Assembly: GCF_000142905.1 (NCBI RefSeq)
Contig: NW_013657650.1
Location: 62,001 to 126,000, forward strand
Length of the DNA stretch: 64,000 bases
Origin: Thecamonas trahens ATCC 50062
Lineage: Eukaryota; Protista; Apusomonadida
Direction of reading: 5' to 3'
Shown: positions 9,868 through 22,424 of the stretch, piece after piece
Layout of the letters: each line of letters starts with the position of its first letter
Numbering within the stretch: the first letter of the stretch is position 1
Notes under the pieces: generated by a model
Told to the model about the DNA's origin: nothing
Databases searched by the model: none
What the model saw: the letters and a program-made list of their open reading frames with translations, nothing else
Program-made: the position numbers and the translations under genes

Positions 9868-10137
9868 AGCTGATCTGGCAGAGGGTATTCAACCAGCTGA
9901 TCTGGGCAGAGGGTATTCGGCCAGCTGATCTGGCAGAGGGCATTCGGCCACTTGATCTGGGCAGAGGGTATTCGACCATATCTGGCAGAGGGTATTCAAC
10001 CAGCTGATCTGGCAGAGGGTATTCAACCAGCTGATCTGGCAGAGGGTATTCAACCAGCTGATCTGGCAGAGGGTATTCAACCAGCTGGACTGGCAGAGGG
10101 TATTCGGCCAGCTGACCTGGCAGAGGGCATCCGGCCA
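9868..10137. repeat. 27-bp minisatellite, ~10 copies
   Basis: Unit CAGCTGATCTGGCAGAGGGTATTCAAC, with 24- and 28-bp variants. Confidence 0.95.
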
Positions 10138-10294
10138 CCGCTCTCGATCAAAAAGGGAGGTGGCGGCGTGAAAGGGGAAGGGCCCACCAGCGAGAGCGTA
10201 GCAAGCAAAGGGACAAGGCGGACGAGTAGCCATACACCTACAACAGCCTACATACGGGAGGCCACAATACCCTTCCCGGACGGGAAGCACCAAC

Positions 10295-13200
10295 ATGGAC
10301 ACGTCCGAGTCGTACATTGTCCTTCCCAACACCCACCCCGGACCACCTGCGCACGGCTCGCCCGCCACCGCCACCGCCACCGCCACACCCATACCCATAC
10401 CCACAGCTACAGCTGCAGCTACACCGACCTCATCCAACCCTTTGTCAAGTGGTCATGATGAAGACCTTCGGCTTCCACACAGTCAACAGTCTCTTCCTGC
10501 TGACGGACCCTCGTTCTCCTCTACCCTCTCTATGACGCTGCCTGAGCTCGGCTCGGCTCGCCCTCACCATGGTCATGGTTATGGGCATGGTGGTGCTATG
10601 GAGAGTGCTCCTGCTGGACAGCATGCGCATCATCCACACGGTTTGAATTCGCAGCCGCTGGCCTTTGTCTCAGCTTCCTCGTCGCCGTACCAGGCCACAG
10701 TCTTCTCTCCGGCGTACCACACACTGCACGACGACGAGGACTCGGCTGGTCCTCCGCATTCTGCCTATGCATTGGCGTCTCCCGCAGTGGATGCGGCTTC
10801 CATGAACCATGCCGATGCTGATACCGGTCCGCAGGCCGCGCTTCCGCCGCGCGCAGTCCGTGCCCCGTTCCTCCGCCAGCGCGGCAACTCGGCGCCGATG
10901 ATGCCGGCGTCGCGAGGTCCAGGCTTTCCCGAGCCGACCCACCATGTACCCCATGCTGCTGCGCCGACGCTTCCGCTCCAGCTCCGTGCGCAGCTCCACG
11001 AGCCGCATCATCTCCGCGAGGCGCGCGACTCGGCGCGCGAGGGCTCGTCCGCGCCGTACCTCGATCTAGAGCAGATGATGGCGGCAAACGCGGGCGAGGC
11101 CAAAGCCGGCGGCGGCGGAGGCTCGGCCGGAGCCTCGCGGTACCCGCCGCCACCGCCTCCGCCACCAGCGGTGGAGCAGTCGTGGTCGCGGCAAGGCTAT
11201 AAGGCTTTCGACGAGATCCACCCGCGCGACCTCAAGCTGACCCGGCTGCTCGGCACCGGCGGCTTTGGCCAGGTCTGGGCTGGACTTTGGGGCGGAACGC
11301 CGGTCGCCATCAAGCGGCTAAAGCAGCAGACCCGGTCCGGCGCCGTGACGCCCGCCAAGATCTCCGCCTTTATGGAGGAAGCACGACTGCTCTCGCAAGT
11401 CCGCCACCCCAACTGTCTGCAGCTGCTGGGCGTCTCCACCCGCGGGCCTGACGTGTGCATCGTAACCGAGTACCTCCGCGGCGGCGACCTCAAGTCTGCG
11501 CTCTTTGACTCGTCGCTCCTCATCCGCGACACCAAGAAGATCGACATCCTCTCGCAAATTGCGTCGGGCGTCGAGTACCTCCACCGCAAGGACATCATCC
11601 ACCGCGATCTCAAGCCGCACAACGTGCTCCTCGACTTTAACATGTCGGTTGTCAAGGTAGCAGACTTTGGCCTCTCGGTCGTCATCGAGCGACTCGAGTC
11701 ACCGGCGAGCGGCGGCCCAGCGCCATCACGGGCGCGTTCCTCGTCGACCTTTCGCGCCATCGGCGTTGCAGGATCGCGCCGCTACATGGCGCCCGAGCTG
11801 TTTGTCGGCGGGACAGTGACGCCGGCCTCGGACACCTTTTCGTTTGGCGTCATCATCTGGGAGATGCTCTCGTCCAAGCGTGCATTTGACAACACTGACC
11901 GGACAGCCAACTGCTATGCCGGCCTCGAGCCGCCGCCGCCGTCGCTCCTCGCCTCGCTCCTTACCCTGCTTCTTGACGCCTGCCTCTCGGCGGATCCGGT
12001 GGCGCGGCCGTCGTTTGCCGACATTGTGGCCTCGCTTGCCGACGTCACCTCGCGCCTGGTTCTCGGCCAGGTCTTTCCTTCTGTTCCTGCGCTTCCGCTC
12101 AACTACGTCCACCGCGAGGCCTCATTTGCCGCCGCCAAGGACGCTCTGCTCTCGCTCGCAGCCAAGACCGACCACGCCGCCCAGCCGTCGGACCTCTTGC
12201 CCATCCGCGGCCTCTGCATTCAGGGCATGGGCGGGCTCGGCAAGTCGGTCCTTGCCGCTGCACTCGCTCGCGACGAGGACGTTCTCCGCATGTTCCCCGG
12301 CGGTGTGCATTGGATCTCCATCGGCCAGTCGCCAAACACCACCCGCCTCCAGCATGATCTCGTGCAGGAGCTTGGCAAGCCGTGCCCCTCGTTCTCAGAC
12401 GTCTCTGAGGGCAAGAACATGCTCGCCGAGCTCTTTGCACTCCCCTCGCACGCTCGCTCGCTCCTGGTCCTTGACGACGTCTGGGTCACCGGCCACCTAC
12501 TCCCGTTTGGTGTCCTCGGCCCCGGCTCGGCGTACCTGGTAACCTCGCGGATCCGCTCACTCGGCTCGATCATCAATCTCGTCGAGCTCCCGCTCTCGAC
12601 GCTCGACCCGGCATCGTCGCTCGAGCTCCTTGCACTCTGGACCCACACTCCGGTCGAGAACCTGCCGCCGGCCGCGCACAAGGTCGTCGAACGGTGCGGC
12701 AAGCTCCCGCTCGCGCTCGCCATGATTGGTGCCATGGTCCGCAACATGCCCTCGCGCTCCTGGCCTGTCGTCCTGCAGCGGCTCGAGGACTCGGTCCTCC
12801 TCTCCGACGACGTCGGCGGCGGTCCCGATGCGCTCGCGCCTTTGGTAGTCAGCTCAACCCTTGAGCTCGGTGGCATTTTCACTCCAGGCGACGTCATGCG
12901 CTCCATCGGCGTCTCGATCAAAGCCCTCACTGCGCTCCGCTTCCGGTACTATGACCTCGCCGTCTTTCCCGATGAGACTGCGTTTACGCTCCCGGCGCTG
13001 GAAGCCCTTTGGGGCGCACTCCCGTACGAGCCGCTCGACCGCGCCGACGTCTCGCGCCTCGTCGAGGTCTTTGTCGAAAAGTCGCTGCTGCAGCACGACG
13101 AGAGGACCGGCATGTTGCGGCTTCACGACTTGCAGCGCGAGTACATTGTGACGGTCGCCCGCTCGCGGCGCGGCAAAATGCACAGCCTCCACTCGCGGCT

Positions 13201-16200
13201 GCTCGACGGGTACGCTGCGCGTATCCCCAGCGCCCACGGCTTTGTGTGCTGGGAGCACGGGCCCGACGAGGCGTACTACCTCCAGCACATTGTGTACCAC
13301 CTTGTCCACGCCCAGCGCCGCGACGACATTCTCCGCCTCCTTCTCTCGTACGCATGGATCGAGAAAAAGATCTCGGCCGGTCTCGGCATCGAGGCTCTGG
13401 CGTCCGACTACGCGCTTGCTGCGCGGGCCTTTCCGGCCTACGCCGACCTGCTCCACGAGATCCGCGGTGCGCTCATGCTCTCAGCACAGGCTGTGCTCAA
13501 GCGGCGCGACCTGCTCTGCTTCCAGCTCATTGCGCGGCTCCAGTCGTCGCCACTCTCGACTCACCTCGGTTCGCTCCTCTCCGAGGCGCTCGAGTATCTC
13601 TCGCCGCTGCCGGACGCGGTGTACATTCCGTCATCGCCACTGCTGGAGACGCCGGGCAACGCGCTCATCCGAATTCTTCACGGGCACACCGAGCCGGTCT
13701 ACGCCCTCACCACCACACCGTCGGCCAAGCTCCTGCTCTCGGTCTCACCGACCACCGTCATGATGTGGGACACGCTCTCGGGCCTTGCCGTCCGGTCGAT
13801 TCCACGGACAGGCGCACGGGCGCCGGCGGCAGCGTCGGCCCAGGCCGAGCTTCCGGACGCACCGCACCCGGTCGCCACGCTTGTCAACAAGGTGCTCGAG
13901 CCGCGGGAGAGCGGGGCTTCGTCCGAGGCAGAAGCCTCGCTCTCGCGGTCACGCCAGAACCTGCAGTCCATTCACACCTACGCTGTTCATCTTGTGGTCG
14001 CTGACGAGCACCGGGTGTTTGTGGGTGGGTCGGGCGCCGTCCTCACGGTGTGGGATCTCTCGAGCGGCATCCCACTCGGCTCGATCGACAAAGCCGTCGA
14101 CGTGACTGCGCTGGCACTCGGGGCCAAGGCCCGGACACTCGTCTTTGCGCTTCGCACCTCACGTCGGATCTACGTGTACGACCTCTCGCCTCCGGCGGCG
14201 CCCGAGTTTGCGCTCTCGCAAGCTGCCGTGTGTGTTGGGCACAAAGGCTACATCTCAGGCGTCTCGATCTTCCCCGACGGGCGGCGGATGGTGTCGTGCG
14301 CGCGCGACGCGTCGCTTCGAATTTGGTCGACAAGCAGCGGCGAGGAGCTCGCCCGCCTCGTCCACACCTCGTCGTCGATTTCTGCGGTGGTGGTGAGCGC
14401 CGAGTCGGGCGATGTGTTCTTTGCTTCGGGCTCGACAGTCACTGTGTGGACACCCGAGACCGACGAGCTGCGAACGCTCTCGCCTGGCACCTCAGGCTCG
14501 CTCGGCTCGTCGCGCGTGTCGACGCTGGCGCTGGCTCCGCCGTCGGACGCATTTGTCGTTGCCGGCACGGCTTCAGGCACGGTACTGGTGTGGGATCTCG
14601 CAACCGGCATTTGTATGCAGCATGTCTCGGGCCACCGCGGGCCAGTCCTCGGCGTCACCGCGCTCGCCCCCGAAGTGCTCGGCGGAGCCGGCGGGCACGA
14701 GCAGGCCGCATTCGGCTCGGTCTTTACCGCGTCCGAGGACCGGACCATCCGGCACTTTCAGATTGAGCGGCGCAAGGTTGACACGGCCACCATCCAGCGA
14801 ATCCGGCACAAGGAGCCGACGACTTACCTTGCGCTAGCAACCGACGGAAGCTACATTCTGACTGGCGCGGCGGACCGGACGGTCATTGCGTGGTCAACCG
14901 AGCGGGCGAGCTCGTCGTCGCTCGGCGGACGACGGTTCCGGATTCTGGACAACCACCCGGGCGCGGTGACGGCGCTGGCGCTCACGCTCGACTCCAAGTT
15001 TGTGGTCTCGACTGCCGGCTCGCACCTCATGGTTTGGAATCTCAAGGCGGCGCGCTTGGTGTGGTCGGCGCGGGTCACCGAGTCGCCGATCTCATGCATT
15101 GCAGCGTCGAACACGGCAGTGGTGGCAGCCTGCGCGCTCGGCAGCGTCACTGTCTACGCCCTTTCGGACTCGGGCATGCTCGAGGAGGTGCAGGAGCTCC
15201 TCCCGCCGGCTCCCGGCCCGTATGAAGCGCCGGCGGCGGCGACGGTGCCTGCGGTGGTCATTTCACCCGAGTCGCGGCTGGTGGCGCTTGGATGGGCGAC
15301 CGGCGAGGTCCAGTTCTGGCGGTCGGGATCGGGAGGCGGGAGCGGAGACTATGCACTGGTCACCAGCGCGAGCGAGCACAGCGGTGCTATCCGAGCTGCC
15401 TGCCTCTCACCGGAGAACACACGGCTCATCACCGGTGGCACCGACATGGCGATTCGTATGTGGGACACGGTGTCCGGCTCAGCCGTCGGCGCGTTCTTTC
15501 TCGACGCGCCAGTGGCATGCGTGGCGGTTGTGCCCTGGTCGTCACCGGACCTTGTACCGCGGTCTGTGGCACCAGAGCCGTCGTATCTCATTGCAGTGGC
15601 GCTCGACAACTGCACGGTCACGCTCCATCACTCGTACCACTACACCATGCTCGCCTCGTACCTCTTTGACGCTTCGATCAACGGCATGGCGGCGACGCCG
15701 TCGGCAGACCTGGTTCTAACCCACGTGGCCGGGCGGACGTACCATCGGCTCATCCGGCACTACGACCAGACCCACTCTCACGCCTCGCTCGGGCTCACGA
15801 TGTTTGACTCGAACCGCCCGCGGTCGCTGCCGCGGATGGCGTCGGGCGAGGTTGGCGAGGGTTCGCCGGTCGTTCCCGCCGCCCCGCGCGACCGCGCTGA
15901 AAAGCCTGTGCGGCTGATCGAGCCGCGGGCAAGCGCTGCAAAGGGCAAAGCCAAGGGCAAGGGAAAGGTCAAGGGCAAGGGAAAGGTCAAGAGGAATGAT
16001 GGCGGCACAGACGGAAGCATGTCGAGCGGGAAGGGGAAGGCTCCAAGCAGCCCGTCAGGCCGCAAGGACTCGTCGCCGTCGGAAGGCGCGCTCGCGCTGC
16101 ACCTCGCAGCGTTGGAGACTGGCCCGTGGGCGTCGAGCGATGAGGGCGGGCCCGAGTTGAGCGGCTGCAGCGGGACTCCGCCAGCGACAAGTGGCGCCGA

Positions 16201-18915
16201 AGTGGGTGAACTGCGGCGTGTGGTGCGACCCAACTTTCTGCACCTGTACTGCTTCCGGCGGGGGCGGCAGCGTGTGCGAATGCTGGCAGTGCCGGCCAGC
16301 TATGAGTCGGTCACCCGCGACTGTGTGTACATTTTGGACACGGGCGCGGTGGTGTACGAGTTCTTTGGGCGGGCGTGCTCGACAAAGGAAAAGACCAAGG
16401 CGCTCGAGTTCACCACCTGGCTCCGCAAGCACGAGCGCGGCGGCGATCTGGAGCTTGTGCGGATCCTGGACACAAGCCGGCATCATGACGGCCACTCGCG
16501 GCGGTTTTGGCGCTGCTCTCGTATCCCGGAACGCATCCTCCGACGCTTGCCGAGTCACCTGCGGGATGGGCAGACATTGATGACGCACTGCACGCTGCGG
16601 TCCGGCTTTGGCGATTCAAGGACGTTCCGGTGTCTGTGACGACACCGTCGTCTGCTGCGCCGGTCCTCCCGCCGCCGACATCGCTGACGAGAGAGCTGTC
16701 ATCGTCGTATGTGTTTGTGGACGCCGGGCGGGTGATGGCGCCCGAAGGCTCGTCGACCGGCGGCGACGAGTCGGTAGCCGAGGGTGGCGACGGCGGCGAT
16801 GGGACCGAGTGCAGCGAAGGCGGCGGTGGTGGCGGCGGGAGCGGCGGGAGCGGACCTGGGAGTGGCTGCGGAAGCGGCGACGGCGACGAGTCCGAGTCGC
16901 ACATGCAGCAGGTGGCGCCTTCCGTGCTCAACCTCGCGCTCGAGGTGGAGTCGTTGGAGACTACGAGTGCACTGGCTACGCCGCAGCTACTGAGCCATGG
17001 CTCGTACCTTCTTGTCCTTCCTCAGGTCGCGTACGTGTGGATCGGGGCGCGGTCGCCCATCACGATCAACATGGCCGCGCAGTGGGTCAACTCTGCGACA
17101 GCGCTGCCTGTGGAGACAGCAACGGCGCTGCTGGGCCAGCGGCTGCCGCGGCGATGCGTGACGGTTTACGAGGGCAACGAGCCCTTTCTCTTCAAAGAAG
17201 CGTTTGACGAATGGCACGAGCCGCGGCAGCGAGCGACGCCACCGCCGCGGGCTACGGGCTCGCTGTTGGCGTCGTCGTCCAAGGCAGCGCAGGTTGCGCG
17301 GCGGGTGCTGCAGTCGCGAGCGCGGAGCACAGCAGCACGGAGCTCGAGCGGAAGCGCGAGCGGGAGCGAGGCTGGCGGCGGCGGGACTACGGCCGGGGGG
17401 GTGTCGTCGCGGCGGGCGGCAGCAGCAGCGGTGGCGCGGAACCGTCGCACGTCGGCGATCATGGCGGACGGGGCCGCCGCGGCAGCGGCGCTGGCGGGCT
17501 CTGTTCGTGTTGTGGTCTTTGAGAACGAGCACTGCATCTACGCGTTGCCGCGAGAGTTCCACGGTCACTTTTTCTCTGGCGACGGATGTCTGGTGCTGCA
17601 AACGCTCGAGGGCGGGAGCGAGGGCGGTAGTTCGCACGACGACGACGGGTCACGGTCGCGGTACCGGGTATTTTTCTGGCGTGGCGCGGACGCGCCGAAC
17701 AAGCTCTTCCTCAAGTTCAAGCTCAAGCTCAATGCCGGGGCGCTCGGTGACGTGTTTGGGCCGACGATTTCGCGGATCATCCAGACGACGACACGCGAGG
17801 TGGTACAGGGGCGGCATCCCGACAAGAACTTTACGGCGCTGTTCTCTGGCTCCCTGTTTGTGCACCACGGGCACGCGCGGTGCCGGATCCCGCTCCCGCC
17901 ATCGGCCATTCTGCGGGTTGCGCCCGAGTACCGGCTGCGGATGGCGCGAGGCAACGAGGGTGAAGCGCGCAGCGACGATGGGGCGTGGAACGCGCGGCAG
18001 CTGGAGCCGAGTAGCACGGCGCGGCTGTATGCGGTGCGCGGACTCGGGTCGGCTGGAGGTGTGCTACTAACGGCCGACGAGGTTCCGCCGGTGGCGTCGT
18101 CGCTCAACTCATCGCACGCGGCTGTACTGCTGGCTGCGCCTCGGGCGGCGCTGTGGATCGGGGCCGGAGCGCGCGGGTCCGAGGTTGCGGGCGCCCGGCG
18201 GTTCTACTCGTCACTGCGGGAGAGCAGCGAGCTCGGCGAGCTGGTGGAAGTTGCCGAGGGCAGTGAGCCGGAGTGGATGTGGGCCGCAGTAGGCGGGCGG
18301 GCGTGGTACCCGAGCTCTGCGGTGCTGCGCAATGCCAAGCGCGACGAGCCAGCGCTGTTCCGGTGCTCGACAGCCAAGGGCATGTTTGAACTTGCCGAGA
18401 TGGTGGGGCGGATGCCGTCTGCGCTCGAGCCGTCGTGCGTGTACATGCTCGTGGCGCTCCCGCACATCTGGCTGTGGATTGGATCGCAGGTGACGACGTT
18501 CGAGGCGAGCGAGGCACGCGAGGTGGCCGAGGCGTACGCCAAGGAGGAGCCAACGTCGGCGCACGTGCTCGAAGTGCATGCCGGGCGCGAGCCGATGGCA
18601 TTCTGGTCGCTATTCCGGGGGTGGGTCGCGCCGAACCACGGCGGTTACCCGCAGCAGGCAGCCATGGACGCGGAGCTGGCGCGGGCCGGATCGACTCTCT
18701 GCACCGCTGACGTTGTGGGCGTCACGCTCAACGCCGCGCAACAGCCGATGGTCTCGTGCCGCCAGTGCGGGCTTGTCGATGGAGTGTACGCCTGTCGCCG
18801 ATGCGGGGAGCGATGTGCGAGCGCTGGGCACACCGTAGCCGACGTCGGCGTCCTCCCCTTGGTTTGTGGCTGGCGTTGTACCGATCACAGAACCGGCAGT
18901 ACCAGCAGCGAGTGA
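10295..18915 (+). CDS. Kinase - NB-ARC (Apaf-1-like STAND) - WD40 - gelsolin/villin repeats - UBR-box-like fusion protein, ~2870 aa, with one frameshift at ~16505-16510
   Basis: Kinase GTGGFG/VAIK/HRDLKPHN/DFG/APE (~11240-12050). Walker A GMGGLGKS (12224), Walker B LLVLDDVW, GKLPLAL and LHDL. WD40s at ~13670-15720. A gelsolin repeat (VYILDTG..VYEFFG..EKTKA) starts in ORF 10295 and further gelsolin repeats continue in ORF 16507. Cys/His cluster at 18700-18880. Confidence 0.85.
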
Positions 18916-19148
18916 GAGTGTGTAAAAGAGGTACCACCTTGCCCTCCCCTCCCCTCCCCTCCTCTACCCTCCTCCCCTCCCCTCCCCTCCCCTGCCTATC
19001 CTGATCAATGCCCATCCGATCGATACCCGGTGACCCGACAACCACCGTGGTCAACTCCCCGCAGAACACCGCCCCGATCGATCTTGCCCTCCTTCCCTCC
19101 CACCCCTCGACACCCCCCCCCCCCCCCCCCCCACCACCACCACGGAAC

Positions 19149-21861
19149 ATGTCAAGCGGAGCAGACGGGCTCCTCGGAGCGGTGGTGGACGAGGCGTGCC
19201 GAAGCGGGGAGGAGCAGGCGGTGCGTGAGGCGCTGGCCACCGGGTACGGGTGCGACTCGGCGTACAAGGGGTGGACGCCTCTGCAGAGGGCGGCGGCGGC
19301 GGGCCATGTGGCCATTGTCGGCCTTCTATGTGAAAGTATGGAGCCAAAGTGGATTTGCGGCGAGCAAAGACCGGTGCCACGGCATTGATGCTCGCCAGTG
19401 GCTGCGGGCATGTCAATGTGGTGAGGTTTCTGGTCAAGCAGACAAGAGCCGACGTCGATGCCTGCAATGACGAAGGCGCATCTCCATGCTATCTCGCGGC
19501 ACAGAACGGGCATCTCGAGGTGGTGCGATATCTGGTTTCCGACGTCGGCGTGGATCCACTCTCGCCGCTGCCGGACGGTACGTCGACGGTGTACATTGCG
19601 GCTCAGAACGGCCACGTCGACGTCCTGCGCTTTCTCCTCGGCCAGGTTCCCGAGGCTGCCATGGCCCGCCGGGCGGAGGGCGCCTTCCCGCTGCTTGTGG
19701 CTGCTTTTAGCGGCAAAGTCGAGGTCGCACGACTGCTGGTTGAGGAGCACGGGGCAGACGTTGACGAGTGCGACGCCAACGGGGTGACGCCGCTGTATGT
19801 GGCGGCACAGAACGGGCACCTGCCGATGGTGGCGTATCTTGCAACCGACGCCGGCGCCGCGGTCGAGGCCGCCGACGTCAAGGGCATCACGCCGCTGTAT
19901 GTGGCGGCGTACTCGGGCCAGCTGAGCATTGTGCGATACCTGGTGGAGAAGGCTGCCGCCGATGTACAGCACGGGCGCGACTCGGGCGCGACGCCACTGT
20001 ACATTGCAGCGCAAGTCGGCCATGCGCAAGTTGTCGAGTACCTAGCGACGACCGAGAGCGGCGGCGTGAACGCGATCAAGAGCAATGGCGAGACTGCGCT
20101 GCACACGGCAGCGCGGTACGGCCACCTACCGGTTGTGCAGTTTCTGGTCTCGCCTGCCGGCGGTGCCGACGTCGACCGAGTCCGGCGCGACGGCGCGACG
20201 CCGTTCTGGGTCGCAGCGCATGCGGGGCGGGTCGACGTCGTCCGCTGGCTCGCTTCCGCCGCACAGGCTGACGTGCGGCGGCCGACGTGCGACGGGACAA
20301 CTCCGTTTGCCGCGGCGTGCGCCCGCGGGCACGTCGCTACCGTTGCTTGCCTCGCCGTCGAGGTCCTTGCGCTCACACCCGGCGACTTTCCGGTCGACGC
20401 CACGGCGTACTCCCCGACATCATCCGGGTCCTCATGTCTGCACTTGCTGGCAAGATGGTCGGCGAGCGAAGCCGTGGCATGGTCGTCGATGGGAGTGGGC
20501 AGCGGCTGTTTGGCGTGCTCTCGCGGGCGGCGCTCGAGCTGTACGCCGGCATGCGGCTGGTCAAGCGAGTGCTGCTCTCGCGGGTCGAGGCCGTCACCCG
20601 CGACAGCGCCAGCATACTTGTACGCTGCATCGGCGGCGAGACCGTAGCGCTCGACGCCAGCAGTGAGGCCAACGCTGCGGAATGGGCGGCGGCGCTCGAC
20701 GAGGCGACTGGCCCCGGGCGGCTCGACTGGCGGCTTCAGGTCGCCGACCTAGTCCTTGACGAGACCAAGTCCGGGGTGTTGGGACGCGGCGCCTTTGGCG
20801 TTGTTCGTCGTGGAACGTGGCACGGTTTTCCGGTGGCGGTCAAGCAGCTGCACGATGCTGAGAGTATGGGCCAAGCGGCGCGGGCCGAGTTTGTGCACGA
20901 AGCCGAGCTCATGGCCGGCTTGCGGCACCCGAACGTGGTCCGCTTCATCGGCGCCTCACTCGACGCCGACTCTCCATGCCTGGTAACCGAGCTTCTGGAA
21001 GGTGGCTCGCTGTACTCGCTTCTCCACACGAAGCGGAGCTTTGCCGTCGACTGGCCGCTTGTTGTTCGCATCGCGAGCGACGTCGCAGCCGGCATGGCCT
21101 ACCTCCACGCTTGCGAGCCGCCGGTTGTTCACCGCGACCTCAAGTCGCCCAATGTCCTCCTTGACCGCAGCCTCCGGGCCAAGATCGCCGATTTTGGCCT
21201 GACCAAGGCCATTGCCGAGACCGGTGTCCACACAACTGCCGGAACCGCTCGCTGGGCCGCACCCGAGCTCCTCCGCAACGAGGCGTACGGCCACAAGGTC
21301 GATGTCTACTCGTTTGGCGTTTTGCTGTGGGAGATGTGTACGCGGAGTGTGCCGTACCGCGAGCTCGACAACAATCAAGTCATCTTCCGCGCCCTCCGCG
21401 GCGGCGCACGGCCGACCATCCCCGACTACGTCCCGCCCACACTCGCCGCACTGATGTCCGAGGCCTGGGCCGAGGACCCGACCGTGCGTCCAGCCTTTGT
21501 TGACATTGTCGCCCGCCTCGACCTCGGCGCGCCGTCGGTGGCTGCCAGCTCGGGAGGCCCTGCCGTTCCTGACGGTGTGCCAGGCACTCGTGCCCCGCGT
21601 GGTATGCTCCTCTCGTCATCGTCGTCGTCCGATGCCGACGATGATGGCCAGGCCGATCCTGCCGACGAGAGCGATGACGACAACGACAGCGACGACGAGC
21701 CACTGCTCCGCACCGTTGTCCACTTCTCCGCCTCAAATAGCGGCGCCAGTCCGGATCAGGGCTCATCATCGACGGCCGCACCTCGCGGCGGTTTTGACAT
21801 CAGCGTCATCTCGTCCTGGCTCTCGTTTGACGTAGCCTCGTGGTGGGCGGGCAAGAGCTGA
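19149..21861 (+). CDS. Ankyrin repeats - PH-like - TKL Ser/Thr kinase, ~904 aa, with frameshifts at 19333-19335 and 20412-20415
   Basis: About 11 ankyrin repeats (GxTPLYxAAxxGH). PH-like helix ASSEANAAEWAAAL. Kinase GRGAFG/VAVK/HRDLKSPN/DFG/APE. Three ORFs join cleanly with +1 nt each. Confidence 0.88.
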
Positions 21862-22239
21862 ATGTAGTCGACATCGCTCGAGAGTGGGTGTGTACCGGGA
21901 AAAAATATTTGCCGCTTAAAGCCGCACGTGCATGTCTTCCAAACCTTGCAGCGTTGCAAGGCAGCAAAGGCCGACGCGTGCCAGTGAGCAAAGTGAGCTG
22001 GTGTGGACCGAGCGAGCCACTCTCTCATGCCATGACATTCCTCGTCTCTAGTCAAGGCAAGCGAGGAGTGGCCATGGCGGAATCGCCCTCCATACCCGCC
22101 ATGCCCCCTTTGCCGATGCAGACCAGGGATGAGCTCCACCGCCGCGCCCGTCACGGACCTACCCAGACGTGTCACCACTCTGCCGAGCCATGCTGCTCAC
22201 GCGCCAACTGCCGGCTCTGCCACCGCCACCAGCACCGTT

Positions 22240-22271
<32 letters not shown>

Positions 22272-22424
22272 GACGACCACAACCACTCTCACATGAAAAG
22301 ACGTGGCCGATGCGGGGAGGTTCGCCTTTCGTGCCGTGGTGGGGTTCGTGGGGCTCGTGACGGCTCGCTCCGCAACAACTCTCCTCACCACCACAGCAGC
22401 CACAGCCGACGCCGTGGCACGCTC

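Noticed and set aside
9868-10137. CRISPR-like array
   Set aside because: Units are contiguous with no unique spacers, there are no cas genes and the context is eukaryotic.
21840-22424. His/Asp-rich N-terminal extension of the cyclase ORF as a metal-binding domain
   Set aside because: It comes from a (CACGAC)n microsatellite upstream of the signal peptide and is probably untranslated.
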